A DNA stretch of 64,000 bases from the human T2T-CHM13v2.0 reference genome, Homo sapiens. Shown here piece after piece: positions 1-14,085 of the stretch (position 1 is its first letter; the number at the start of each line of letters is the position of its first letter). The position numbers were made by a program, and so were the translations under genes. The notes under the pieces were generated by a model that saw only the letters and a program-made list of their open reading frames with translations, was not told where the DNA came from and ran no database searches. The stretch lies in NCBI RefSeq assembly GCF_009914755.1, contig NC_060947.1, one strand, 5' to 3'.

Positions 1-109
1 AAAGAAGGATGACTCTAAATCACAATGGAATCTTATCATTTGAAAAGGCACAAATTTAAATCTGCAATACCAACCTTGTTTACTGTGCTTTTTCTGGTCA
101 CATTTCCAT

Positions 110-236
110 AAATAATCTCCCTCACAGTCTTCTTTCTTTGCTTTTACCTGAAAATGACATTTAAACCTGAATTCTATGCCACATCTTTGGGAGTTTCTCT
201 TTTGCTGAGTTTTCTCACATTTATATATGAGATATA
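110..236 (+). mobile_element. MER34-like ERV1 LTR, left part, interrupted by a provirus
   Basis: gacatttaaacctgaattctatgccacatctttg...atatatgagatata resembles the MER34 LTR body and resumes at 6617 after a duplicated ATATA. Confidence 0.6.
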
Positions 237-381
237 TGTGGAGTCCTAATTAGGGAAAAGGAGTCAGGCTGACAAGACCAGGGGGAAACAAACAGAGCAA
301 ATAAGCTTTAAGTATGCTTTCTTTCATGGTCCAGGGCATCCAAACAAATAGAGGAAGCAGATAAACTGTAGATCTGCTGTG

Positions 382-412
<31 letters not shown>

Positions 413-758
413 TTTAGTGGTCCAGGATACATTTGGCCTTCCTGACCAGACAACATACACAACTCACAAACTTCCTGCATACCATCAAACACGTCAGTTC
501 AAACACCTCCACTAACAGAAGAATGCAAGTTAACCCCCCTGCTAACTTTGCATTATCAATCAGCCCAAATCCCATTGTATAAAATCTTCAGCAAGCCTTC
601 GTTTATTTGCTGTCGGCTTCTCTCATGCAGACTGCCCATTGTCTCTCTGGCAATGTATTTTACTACTTTCTTTTTAAAAAAATCTGCCTTCCTTTACTTA
701 CAACTGTCTTGGTAAATTTTTTTACCCCTGTGCCACTGGCCATCGTTCACCCACAACA
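237..758 (+). mobile_element. 5' LTR of a MER4-group ERV1 provirus (MER83/MER84-like)
   Basis: Starts TGTGGAGTCCTAATTAGGGAAAAGGAGTCAGGCTG, ends ...CACAACA, followed by a PBS; its 3' part recurs at 6496-6611; contains a (TG)n/poly-T expansion at 377-416. Confidence 0.75.
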
Positions 759-760
759 TT

Positions 761-778
761 TGGTGACCTGTATAGGAA
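761..778 (+). promoter_or_regulatory. Degenerate primer-binding site, tRNA-Ile-like
   Basis: TGGTGACCTGTATAGGAA 2 nt after the LTR end; compare TGGTGGCCCGTACGGGGA, complement of the tRNA-Ile(AAU) 3' end; all mismatches are transitions. Confidence 0.55.
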
Positions 779-900
779 CCTATCTCTATGTGGGGCTCCC
801 TCTGCTCCATATGGGGGAACACTCTCTCTTCTCATGGGGAAATCTTTTCCCTGTATCTTTCCTTTTCCCAACTTGAGACCCTTGGCTGACAGTATCTAAG

Positions 901-1632
901 CGTAACCTCCCAGCGGGTTCACCTTCTCCACTGCCTAGAGTAAGCGGATTTATCAAGACAGGGGAATTGCAATAAAGAAAGAGTAATTCACACAGAGTTG
1001 GCTGTACAGGAGATTGGAATTTTATTCTTACTGAACTCAGTCTCCCTGAACATTTGGAGATTGGAGTTTTTAAGGATAATTTGGCAAGTAGGGGCTCAGG
1101 AAGTGGGGAGTGCTGATTTGTTGGTCGGGTTGGGAATGGAATTATAGGGGGTTGAAGTGAGTTTTTCTCCATGTCTTCTGTTCCTGCGTGGGATCACAGA
1201 ACTGGTTGAGCCAGATTACTGGTCTGGGCTGTGTCAGCTGATACATCAGAATGCAGGGTCTGCAAAATATCTCAAGCATGGATCCTACATATTACAACAG
1301 TGATGTTATTTCCAGGAGCAATTTGGGGAAGTTTAGAGTCTTGCAGGTTCCAGCTCCATGACTCTTAAACCATAATTTCTAAGCTTCTAGCTAATTTGTT
1401 AGTCCTGCAAAGGCAGTCTAGTCCCCAGACAGGATTTTGTTTTGGAAAAGGGCTGTTATCATCTTTGTTTCAAAGATAAACCATAAACTAAGTTCCTCCC
1501 AGAGTTAGTTCAGCCTACGCCCAGGACTAAACACAGACAGCTTGGAGGTTAGAAGCAAGATGGAGTCAGTTAGCTCAGATCTCTTTCACTGTAATAATTG
1601 TCTCACTTATAATTTTTGCAAAGGTGGTTTCA
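901..1632 (-). mobile_element. LTR8/LTR8A-like solo LTR
   Basis: Minus strand starts TGAAACCACCTTTGCAAAAATTATAA; 4-bp TSD TAAG at 897-900 and 1633-1636. Confidence 0.85.
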
Positions 1633-2422
1633 TAAGCACAGAGGCAATTGTGAGTCTCTGGCATAAAGTTAGGGGTTAAGATGTTAGAGACTGTTAGAGA
1701 CAGGATACACTCCAGTGGGACTGAAATGTGTCCATGTGGAAATGCCTGGCCACCACCACCACCCAGTTTGGGTGAGGAACCTGAGTCCTTTTTCTTTCTT
1801 CAGTATTTCAGTGGCCGTTTCCTAGTAGCTCTTTGGTAACTGAGGGTAACTGGCCCAACTGGCTGGGGCCACTCTCAGGTGTTGCCTGAAGGCCAAAGAG
1901 TGGACAGAGATAGCTGCCCTGTCGGAAGGGGGAGAAATTCTCTCCTGTCTTTTCTTGTTATTGTCCATGATTCCTACATGTAATGCAATTAGCGGTGGAA
2001 GCTTGTTCAGGGCAAATTCACACACACTTCAGGTGACTTAAACCTTCACTTTCTCATTCTAAATTCTCCTATAGAGTCAGCTAGCGATCTGTTTCGGACA
2101 TTGCCGAATTAGATGATCTCGAACAGCCTCAGAATGTTGAGTTTCCTCCTCACCCCTCTCATGGGCTGGCACAGGGCACAAATATTTCTTTGCCCTTTTT
2201 TCCACATACCTGGACTGATCACTCAGTGTAAGTGCGTTCCTGGGCTGGCCACCCAGCGTAAAGCCCACAAATGGCCAGGTAGTCTTTTCTAATAGGTGGG
2301 ATGGCCCTTTAGAAAGTGCACCCTAAGTTTCCTAGCAGACAGATATGAAACCCTTTTTATCTTAGCAGACACCCTGAAAATGCAGTTCATTAGCTACTAG
2401 CGGTGCATTTTCCAGTCCCAAC

Positions 2423-2596
2423 ATGGGGCAAGCCCCATTCAATCCTTCAGACTCACCTCTAGGCTATATTTTAAAGAATTGAAGCAAATTTGACTCCCAA
2501 ACCCTCACAAGGAAACATCTGATTTTTCTTTGCAAGATGGCTTGCCTTCTCTGCCACAAGCTCAACCAGAGGAAATGGAACTACCCTGAAAGTTAA
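2423..2596 (+). pseudogene. Internally deleted ERV gag remnant (matrix start fused to nucleocapsid knuckle)
   Basis: Translates MGQAPFNPSDSPLGYILKN*SKFDSQTLTRKHLIFLCKMACLLCHKLNQRKWNYPES*: class I ERV gag N-terminus plus a decayed CX2CX4HX4C motif. Confidence 0.7.
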
Positions 2597-3163
2597 AGGG
2601 CCCACGGGACAAAACCCCAATCCCTAATGGCCTTAAGCTAAAGGAGCACTTTACTCTGGTTAAAACAGCTCACCTTAACTGGTAAATCACCTTAACTGGT
2701 AAATTTACTGGTGTAAAATTTACACCATGTAAATCTAGAATGCTAAGGCTCTCCCTAACAGGAGATAAACAAAAGTAGCAAAGATGCTAACCCTGCACTC
2801 TGCAGTGGCTGAAAGGCTCACCAGTCTGCCAGTAAAAGTTAACCCTTTCTTCTCCTCTCCTTTCTTTTATTTTTTCTCATTTTCTGTTCAATCTAAAAAT
2901 CCAGATGTAAAAGGGGAAAACAAAACAAAACAAACAAACAAACAAAAAAACAGTCTCTAACATCCTAACCCCTAATTTTATCATTCTGTTTAAAACTCAA
3001 GCTAGTTACATATTATGGCCTGTTTTGTGCACATTTTAAACCAATTGTCAAATTACAACAAGAAAAATTTGAAGTTCAAATGGTTAACTTACACTATAAA
3101 GTTAAGTATAGTTTTCTAAAGCTTTCTATCTTCCTCTTTAAAAAAAAAAAAAATTTCCCAGCT

Positions 3164-3497
<334 letters not shown>

Positions 3498-4571
3498 TTA
3501 CTGCTGCTGAAATGAGACTCATCATTTATGGCGTAACTAAAGTGTAAACATTAAAAATCCATTTAAAGTTAAAGAGTAAAATAGGTTTTGTTAAACCAAG
3601 TTGCCAAAAAGACTACTTTACCCAAATTTTGCTTTGCAGCTTTCCTTGGATTGCAAAGTTTTAGCCATGTGAACAGGTTCCCATTTTATCTGAAAAAAAA
3701 CTTAAGTTTTATAGGTTGGTAAGTTTATAATGCTGTCTCATGGATAAAGTTCTGAGGTAAAAGCTATTGAATCCTTGTGTATGTATGTATATATGTTTAA
3801 ATATGTCTATGTAATATACATGTAATATTCTGTATTTTTTTTATTTAGCATGCTACCAAATTGGAATATAAGTAAATGAGTACTCAAATGCTTTTCAAGT
3901 TCACATGAACCTTTACCAAATAAGCCAGCTTTAAAATTATTGGTAAAATTATTTCAAAAATGTTTTAAAATCTGTCAATATATATTTTTGTTTAGGTTTA
4001 CTGACCTCAAAAAATATCTCAGCCATTGGAATTCTGTCTTAATTCTCTGTATCTGTCTATTATTTGTATTGTATGTGTGATGTTTTTATAAATGAACTCT
4101 AATTAATTGGCTTAAATGAAAAGTAAGCACTCGAATCAAACATTTTCAAGAAAAAGAAATAAAAACTTTAATGCATTTAGGTCACAGGACTATAATCTTT
4201 AAAAAACTAAAAACAGTTAAAAAGATCACTGGTAAAAAAAAAATGTCTTACAAGTTTATACATTTGGTCTAAACTAGGCACCCATTTACCATACTGTTTG
4301 GTAAATGTTTTAAGGCCATAAACTGCTTCTATAACTTTCAGTAATTGCTTAACTTGTCTGTTTTACAGCCACTAAATTCAAGGTAAGGCCTGAGAGCATA
4401 CAGTGTTAGCCAGGTCCCCTGGCTAGGCCGGAGAAAGTTATGGTCTCTGCAATCTTATACATCTTTAAAATTGCTTGCTTACTAGGTTTTTTATCAAAAA
4501 TAAAAGTTGCTAAGAGTTAACACTGTAATGTGCTTAAGACTATTGGAGAAACAGTTTTACATGCAAGGTAT

Positions 4572-4925
4572 AGTATTAGTCCATTTTCACATGGCTGTAA
4601 AGACATACCCGAGACTAGGTAATTTATAAACAAAAGCAGTTTAATTGACTCACAGTTCCACATAGCTGGGGAGGCCTCAGGAAACTTATAATCATGGCGG
4701 AAGGGGAAGAGGCACATCTTACATGGTAGCAGGCAAAAGAGAGCATGTGAGAGAGATGGAAAAACTACCATTTATGAAACTGTCAGGTCTCATGAGAATT
4801 CACTCACTATCAGAAGAACAGCATGGGAGGAACTGCCCCTATGATTCAATCACTTCCCTCCCTCAACACATGGGATTACAATTCAAGATGAGATTTAGGT
4901 GGGGACACAAAGCCTAACCATATCA
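4572..4925 (-). mobile_element. THE1-like MaLR solo LTR
   Basis: gtattagtcc...aaccatatca termini; 5-bp TSD GGTAT at 4567-4571 and 4926-4930. Confidence 0.9.
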
Positions 4926-5663
4926 GGTATAAAAGAGAACTTAAATGTGTTTCCTGGTAAAAGGGTTAATCTTGTAAAAAGTTCTCTGGTTGGCTAAAAT
5001 GAAAAAGGAATTATTTAGGTTTTCAAGTATTAAATACTCTAAAGTCCAGAAAATAACATATTTAGCTTATTTGGCATATTAAAATCACACAGGATGTACT
5101 GTCAAATATAAAGTGGTGTTTAGCATTCTTTAAACTGCATTTATATTATGGGCTATTGGTGTGTGTTCCAAAATTGTATAAAATTCCTGTAATATTTCTC
5201 AGTATATGTTATCAGTAATAATTATAATTATTTTGTTAAATTAGTGTCACAAAAATAACCAAATATTAACTGTGGCTGTTCTGAAACTTTTGTCACTCAC
5301 AATTGTTGTAAGACTTCTAAATTGTTTTAAAACTTTTGTCACTCCCAATTGTTTTACCTTAATTATATTCAGGTTGGTTTTATAATCAGCTATAGAACTA
5401 CAACAGGTGCTCTTAAATGGGTTTCTAACAACTTTAAAGATTGTAACATCAAATTGAAAAGAAAAACACAAAAAAAAACTACTAATGTGTTCATAAATAT
5501 TAGAGCTAATGTGTTCGTAAATATTAGGCAAAGTAGGAGTTAATTATATTTTATAAAGTTAACTAATGAAAAACCCAAATAATTTTTATGGCTTTTTGTG
5601 TAAAATATTATTAATTTGTTTGTTTTCAGAGTCCAGAAAGACTTTATTCTTCTAACCTATTTA

Positions 5664-6284
5664 TGAAACCCATTTTGCAATAATTATAACTGAGGAAATT
5701 ATGACAGTGAAAGGGATTAGACCTAACCAACTCCATCTTGCTTCTAACCTTTAAGCTGTCTTTGTTCATTCCTAAGCATAGGCCAAACTAACCATGGGAA
5801 AGAATTTAGTTAATAGTTTAACTCTGAAATCAAATTGATAATAGCCCTTTCCCGAAAACAAAAACAAAACAAAACAAAACAAAACAAAACCTTCTTGCCT
5901 TGGGACCAGTATGCATTTGTAGGACTAACAAATTAGCTACAAGATTAGAAATTACAGTTTAGGGGCCACACAGCTCTGGCTGCAAGCATCTGTATCTCCC
6001 CAAATTGCTCCTGAGAATAACACCACTGTTGTGAAGCATATGATCAGCGCATGAGATATTTTGCACACCCTGCATTCTGATACCCCAGTTGACACCCCAC
6101 AGAACAGTAATCTAGTTCAATCAGTTCTGCGATCCCACCCAGTAATAGAAGACAGCAAGAAAACCTCACTTTGACTTCCTGTGATTCCATCTCCAACCCA
6201 ACCATTCAGAGCTCCCCACTTCCTGAACCCCTACCTGCAAAATTATCCTTAAAAATTCTGATCCCTGAATGCTCTGGGAGACCT
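5664..6284 (+). mobile_element. LTR8-like LTR, 3'-truncated
   Basis: Starts TGAAACCCATTTTGCAATAATTATAACTGAG; homologous to the reverse complement of 901-1632; ends abruptly into ERV internal sequence. Confidence 0.85.
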
Positions 6285-6495
6285 AATTTCTCCAGAATTT
6301 AAAAACTATTTGCAAGTATACTTAATTTATGGCAGTATAGTTATGTGCAGAAGTTCATTAAGAATCTCCTTTCTTTTGTAACAGGACACAATTGGAAACA
6401 CTGGTTATTTTACCAAAGCCTTAACTGGAATGGTATACTTACAAACTGCTTTAAGGGATCAAGTTAACTTATAAAGCCAATAAAATCCCCTTGGC

Positions 6496-6611
6496 TCCTT
6501 CAGGCAGACTGCCCATTGTCTCTCCAGCAACATATTTCCCTACTTTCTTTAATAATTGTCTTCCTTTACCTACAACTGTCCTGGTAAATTATTTTACCCA
6601 GTGCCACTACA
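6496..6611 (+). mobile_element. 3' LTR remnant of the MER83/84-like provirus
   Basis: gcagactgcccattgtctct...caactgtc.tggtaaatt...gtgccact matches ~625-738; followed by ATATA (6612-6616), matching 232-236. Confidence 0.8.
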
Positions 6612-6616
6612 ATATA

Positions 6617-6728
6617 CATATCAATAAACTTGTGTTTTTGTCTTGTTAATATTAATAAGTATTTTGTTACGGGGGTACTGTTGAAAACTTAGAAAGATAG
6701 AAGAAAAATTATTTTTTCTTCCCCTACA
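6617..6728 (+). mobile_element. MER34-like LTR, 3' end
   Basis: AATAAA, ...cttgttaat...ttttgttac...agaaaaattattttttcttcccctaca terminus typical of MER34/MER39. Confidence 0.65.
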
Positions 6729-7379
6729 ATGTCCCTCTGTGTATAAAATGCAAACCTGGCAGGTGTATGTGTGTGTGATGCTCTCGAATGTATGTGTGTT
6801 TTACTCTTGCTTGTATAAAAACTACCCAAAATGTATTTCCTTAAAATATGAGATTAAACAAAATGGATCAATAGTGAGAAACTATCATTTTGAGTTTAGT
6901 TGGTGAAATCAACCACACCACTCCAAGCAAATCATTTACATGGTCAAAGTGGATGGAATCTATGTTTAGGAATGATTTCAGAAATCTTCTATTAAGACAA
7001 GAAACAAGAAACAGGATTCCTTTGATATTCCTGATCTGACATTCTCTTAAACAGCAGCACTTTTAATTTATGCCCTGAGACTCTCAATCAGCATTGAAAT
7101 TACCATACTGCATAGCAATAACTTTAGTTCAAAAATAGTCATTGTTTACCAGATATTCTTGATCTGACCAGAGTCACCTTCTCATCTCCAGTGTTAGGAA
7201 CAAGTCAATAATTGAAAAACTGCCTACACATGATGTCATAAATAGGGTCATATAAATAGTAGAAAAGAAATGGCCACTTTTATTCCCAAGGAGGAATGAC
7301 TATTTCTGTCAATAATAGATTCTATATTTTCTAACTGGCTCCAAACAACCATTGTAGCTCTAAGTTTGCTCGTAGGCTA

Positions 7380-8274
7380 TGTAAACCAAAAACGATTTGA
7401 GACAAGTCTCAATTAATTTAGAAGTTTATTTGCCAGGGTTAAGGACATGTCAGTGACACAGTCTCGGGAGGTACTGAGAATGTGTATCTGAGGTGGTTGG
7501 GCTACAGTTTGATTTTATATGTTTTAGGGAGATGTAAGACATCAATCAATACACGTAACATGTACCTTAGTTTGGTCTCAAAAGACAGGACAAGGCAAAG
7601 CGTGGGGTGGAAGGTGTTTCCAAGTCATAGGTGGATTTAAAGATTTGTTTTGATCAGCAATTCATTGAAAGAGTTTATCTAAAGACTTGGAATTAATAGA
7701 AGGGAGTGTCTTAGTTAAGATTAGGGTATGTGGAGACCAAGGTTTTTATTATACACATGAAACCTCCAGGTAGTAGGCTTCAGAGAGAATAGATTGTAAA
7801 TGCTTTTTCTTAGACATTAAGAGGGCCAGATTCTTAGTTAATTTTCTCCTGGATTAGGAAAAAGACATGAAAAGGGAAAAGGATTCTCTACAGAATATAG
7901 ATTTTGCCCACAAGGGACAGCTTTGCAGGGCCACTTAAAACATGTCAAAAACGTGTATTTTGGAATAAAACACTTTGATTTATTTTAGGGCCTGCTACCT
8001 GTTATGTTATTTTCTGGTTGCAAAGAATCTGTAAGACTGTTTTGTTAGTCTTAAGGCCTCTGTTTTAATGTTAAATGCTGTTCCGCTCTGTCTCAATTTC
8101 AAAAGGCGAAGAGTATGAGGCCCCCAACCCCCACTTCTCATCATAACTGATGACCAACCCCCACTTCTCATCATATCCTGAACTAGTTTTTTAGGTTAAT
8201 TCAGGAATATTCTTGTCCAAAAGGAGGAGTCCATTCAATTGGTTGAGTTCTCAGAATTTTATTTTTGGTTTACA
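7380..8274 (-). mobile_element. MER4 (D/E-like) solo LTR
   Basis: TGTAAACCAAAAA inverted termini; 4-bp TSD GCTA at 7376-7379 and 8275-8278. Confidence 0.9.
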
Positions 8275-10031
8275 GCTATTATTGGTGTAGAACAACTAGA
8301 ATATCTAAGAATGTAATTGTTTGCAATGTTACTAAAGCATGAGTAAAAGTGAACCTCTCACATTGTATAGTTGTTTAAATGACAAGAGCTATCAAAAAAA
8401 GTCACAGTGTTACACAGAAGAATCTTTTGGGAAACATGAAAAGCTTATTTCATTTTAAGGCTATGTTACTGATTAATCCTGAAACTATTTAGAAATTCAG
8501 ACTTTTAATGTCAGCATTGTTTTCAGCATAATTGTTCAATCACTAAATACACATGAATTTTACTGTGTCTGTGTTGGTTTGAAAATTAGAGAGATGCTAG
8601 CTTTCATCTATCTTTTTTAATTGTAAATTTTGGAGTTGCAAGGATTCCATTTTGTATTTGGAATGTTATGCAAAAATTGGATTACTACGCGTTAAAGAAA
8701 ATGGATTTAGAAATATAATAGCAGGTTGCTGGATAAGCTTTAGCCATTAGAAAATCTATTTTTAAAAAGGAAATAGAAGAACATTATTTTACACTATGAC
8801 ATAAAAATCCATAACTGCATTTGACTTGTACATCTGGGACAAGTTGTATAATTATATTGCTTTTTACTTGCAATTTTACTGTTTAAAATTTACAGGCTCC
8901 AACATTTAATTTGATTATTTTATTAATGTTGAGAAAAATTCTCAACACTATTAAAAACCTGGAAATAAAATGAGTCCTTAAAAAGCATTCCTTCATTTAA
9001 AAATGGTGGTTTCAAATTACTGCTCAAAATATAATTCAGCTACTATTTCTTAAATTAAAATATTTCAATATATAAGCAACATATTTAATTAGAGCTGTTT
9101 CATTTTGGTCTATAATTATGACGTTAAAACATTTTAGGACATTATAGCATTTCTTTGGAATTTGAATTCAAATATGTGTGCATTTATCACATAAAACAAT
9201 TCACGAGATAAAGCTGTACTCTAAACCTAACTCTACATTCAGCTAAGGTTTTAGCTTAGTATCTTCTGTCATATGTACTCTCTATCTCAATTATAATGGC
9301 AGAATGTTATGTTAAATTTAAAACAATAGAAATGGAAAAGAAAACGTGTCAAACAGATTCTAGCATTATTGAAGGGTTGACTTTATGATGTTACTGAGAA
9401 TTACTAAAAATCCCTAGGTCTGATTCCCAAAAAAGCCTGCCATGACATCCACCAAAATTCCAACTCTTGGATAGTCCTTTGGTTTAGATAATCAAATTTA
9501 AGTTAGTATGTTAATATTTTGATATCCTATTAAAATAAATTAGTTTATTTGATTGGCTGGCCAAAAATAGGCTGTGATAGGCCTTAAAGAGTACCTACAT
9601 TTGGGGCCTAGAGCCTGCCAAGACTCAAAGGCTAGTAGGCATCTGTAGATAAGTGTCAATCCATATGAAAGAGTATCAATAGGAAATTAAGAGCCCACTC
9701 CCCTTCATTTCTCATATTAGTAGAGTTTTAATATCCTGCCTGATCAGAGTAAAGAATTACATTGCTAAATTCCTCCTGCTGTTGAGGTTTTAGACCATTT
9801 ATTGCAATGGCGTCCTATTTGGTGCCCTGTCTTATCCTGCCTCAACCCTGCGACATACACCATTCCTAATCTTCAGGTTTGCTGAGGTGGATGAGGATGG
9901 TTGAGAGTAAAGAGCTTATGTTTCAAGATTGTTTTCAAAAAATTGACAAAACATTTTGTAACATTTACAATGAATTTAATAGCACCTTAATATATTGCCA
10001 ACCATAGCATTTGCATGGTTTGAGGAAAAAG

Positions 10032-10048
10032 AATGTGTGTGCTTGTGC

Positions 10049-10079
<31 letters not shown>
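10032..10079. repeat. (TG)n microsatellite, interrupted
   Basis: Direct inspection. Confidence 0.95.
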
Positions 10080-10504
10080 ACATTTATTAAGTCTATAAAG
10101 AATGTCTCTCTTACTTGCAAATCGGTGACTCTCTTACGAATCCACAGTGTGCAGACTGTGCTCCTCTGTGAATCCTCTGCTTTAGAGTATACTTGGCCAG
10201 TTTGGGAAATTAGGTTTACACATTTTGGGTATGTCTAGATAGGATGAAAACAAAGAAAAACAAAAAATTGTTAATCCAACAAAGCTATACATTGAAAATT
10301 GAGATAGGTATCTTAATCCAGTAACTGATTTATTTGAAAGAATCATCAGGACAGAATGACAAATTATTTCTAATATCTAGTTTTTGAGGAAGGTGAAACA
10401 CAAATGCATACTCAAGTTCAATATGAATTACTATGACAATATGGCAACATGAACAAGTTTTCATCCTTAGAGAAATGTATATGTATATAATTTTATTGTA
10501 TTAT

Positions 10505-10635
10505 TATTTTTTTCTTTAGTAGAAATGAGATCTCGCTATGTTGCCCAGGCTGGTCTTGAACTCTTGAGCAAAAGCAATCCTCTTGCCTTGGCCTCCCAAA
10601 GTGCTGAGATTACAGGCATGAGCCACCATGTGTGG
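10505..10635 (-). mobile_element. Alu monomer (FLAM-like)
   Basis: tatgttgcccaggctggtcttgaactc...gattacaggcatgagccacc, single arm. Confidence 0.85.
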
Positions 10636-11789
10636 AGATTATATGTATATATATATAAATTCTAAATAAATAATTTATACATCCGAAAATAGATAACACA
10701 CATACTCACATACACATACATACACAATGATCATTTCTTGAAATTAGTCTTAAGATAAATGGGTACAAAATTTGTTTTCCTCTGTGGTTAGGGCCTTAAA
10801 TCACCGACTGTTTTCTCAACAGACAGGGAGCATATTTTTAGCTACTGGAAGATAACGCAATCAGATTCATCCATTTGAGACTTCTTATTTGTCTAAAAAC
10901 AACAGCAAAAGGACTCAAGGGAAATACACTGAAAACTCATGACTCTTCCCCTATGTCAATATATAATGTGAATATTTTTGCATGCTTGCTGTTAAATATA
11001 CATAAATATTCTTTGGAATCCATGTGATATTAATTTATCATCATATAGAAATCTTAATTTATGATAAGTGTGACATTTATAAGGGTCACTGATTACTGAA
11101 ATACATGCACTCTACTCTGTTGTCATTGATTTTTCACCTTTGATTAAAAATCTGAAGGATATCTTGTATATTCTTAGATTTCCTGAAAAATCACTGAATT
11201 TCACAGAACTATACAATTTATTTCTCATTAAAATAATGTTTATTTATATGAAAATATATATTTACATATATTGAAATGAAATTTCTCTAGTGTGTTAAAA
11301 ATAAATGACAGAAAGGAAAAATTTCTTTCTCAAAATCATAGTGAACTTACTATTCCCTTGTATAGTTGTTCTCAAATATATATTCAAATCAGATAGTATA
11401 ATATAGTGTTAAGGATCTTTGAAATGTACAATAAATTTTGTATAGCTTAAACTTTGATGATGATTTTGGACATTATAAGGAGATATATTAACATCTCTGT
11501 AAAATTCTTCAGTTAGAACTGTGTTATGTAGACTTAAAATCAAGCATTAAAGACAACTTTCCTAGTATACACAATGTGACTTTAATGATCAAATGTATTT
11601 AGCATAGGTTACATAGACACAGGATTTTAACTCAGAAAACTCAGATGCCAACATTTTAAAATGCACATTAATGTTTTTAAAAATTAGCAATTACAGAAGG
11701 TATATTACTTCAAAAAACTGAAGTTTTATGCATTGTATGATAATATAATTTATACTACTCTGCTAATAATATATTATTTAGGGAAAATG

Positions 11790-12770
<981 letters not shown>

Positions 12771-12773
12771 TGT

Positions 12774-12860
12774 GGGCCGAGCATGGTGGCTCACTCCTGT
12801 AATCCCAGGACTTCGGGAGGCCAGAGCAGGAGAATCACTTAAGGCCAGGAATTTGAGACC
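12774..12860 (+). mobile_element. Alu 5' fragment
   Basis: ggccgagcatggtggctcactcctgtaatccc...gagacca, then abrupt end. Confidence 0.85.
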
Positions 12861-13214
12861 ATTCCTTTTGGCTTCTCCAAGCATGCATTTCTTCCTTCTA
12901 TGTGTGTAGCAGGACCCTCTCTGGAATGAGAGTCTTACTAGCTACATCCATATAAGGCAGGTCAGATAATTTCTTTATGGCCAATTTTTACACAAATAAG
13001 GCAAAGGGACATCAGAGTCATATTTTCAGGTTTTGTGGCCGACACTGGGGAAAGGAAATTCTTGTTTCTAAGACCCACCTTGGGGAAGAGAAATTCTAGT
13101 TTCTATGGTTAGCCTCTGAAGAGAACAGGACTGAGAGACAGAAAGGCAGAAGGTAAGAGAAAAAACTTTTCCTTCTGAGACTTTTATTTTGGGGTATTAT
13201 TTTCTGAGCTGCAA
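12861..13214 (-). mobile_element. MER31/MER67-like ERV1 LTR, partial
   Basis: Minus strand starts ...GCTCAGAAAATAATACCCCAAAATAAAAG...CCATAGAAACTAGAATTTCTCTTCCCCAAGGTGGGTC. Confidence 0.6.
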
Positions 13215-13591
13215 TGTGATGAAAGACTATAGAACTATTTACAAAAGCATGTTCAGCATTTATCAGAAGGCAAAACTTCCATGAGAGGAAATGCATCTTT
13301 TCTTTCACTAGACATGGTCATGCTAGCATGTGATGTCTGGATCTCCAGAGGCTATCCTGCAACCACAAGATGAAATATTATTTTTACACTGAATATGGCA
13401 CAGCAAAAAAGTGAAAAGAAAACTGGTTTCTGACAATATTTTTGAGTTGCTAATTTAACCAAATTTAGTGCCATTCTAATTCGGGACTTCTGTGAGCTAA
13501 TAAATCCCACAATAATTAGATTACTTTTAATGAGTCTTCTTTTACTTTTCATTGATAGTATTCTACCAGACACATATACATTATTACATTA

Positions 13592-14085
<494 letters not shown>

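Noticed and set aside
8124-8175. 22-bp direct repeat around an 8-bp spacer, and similar repeats at 2670-2703 and 5284-5353
   Set aside because: Short slippage duplications inside LTR/ERV sequence with no identifiable insert.
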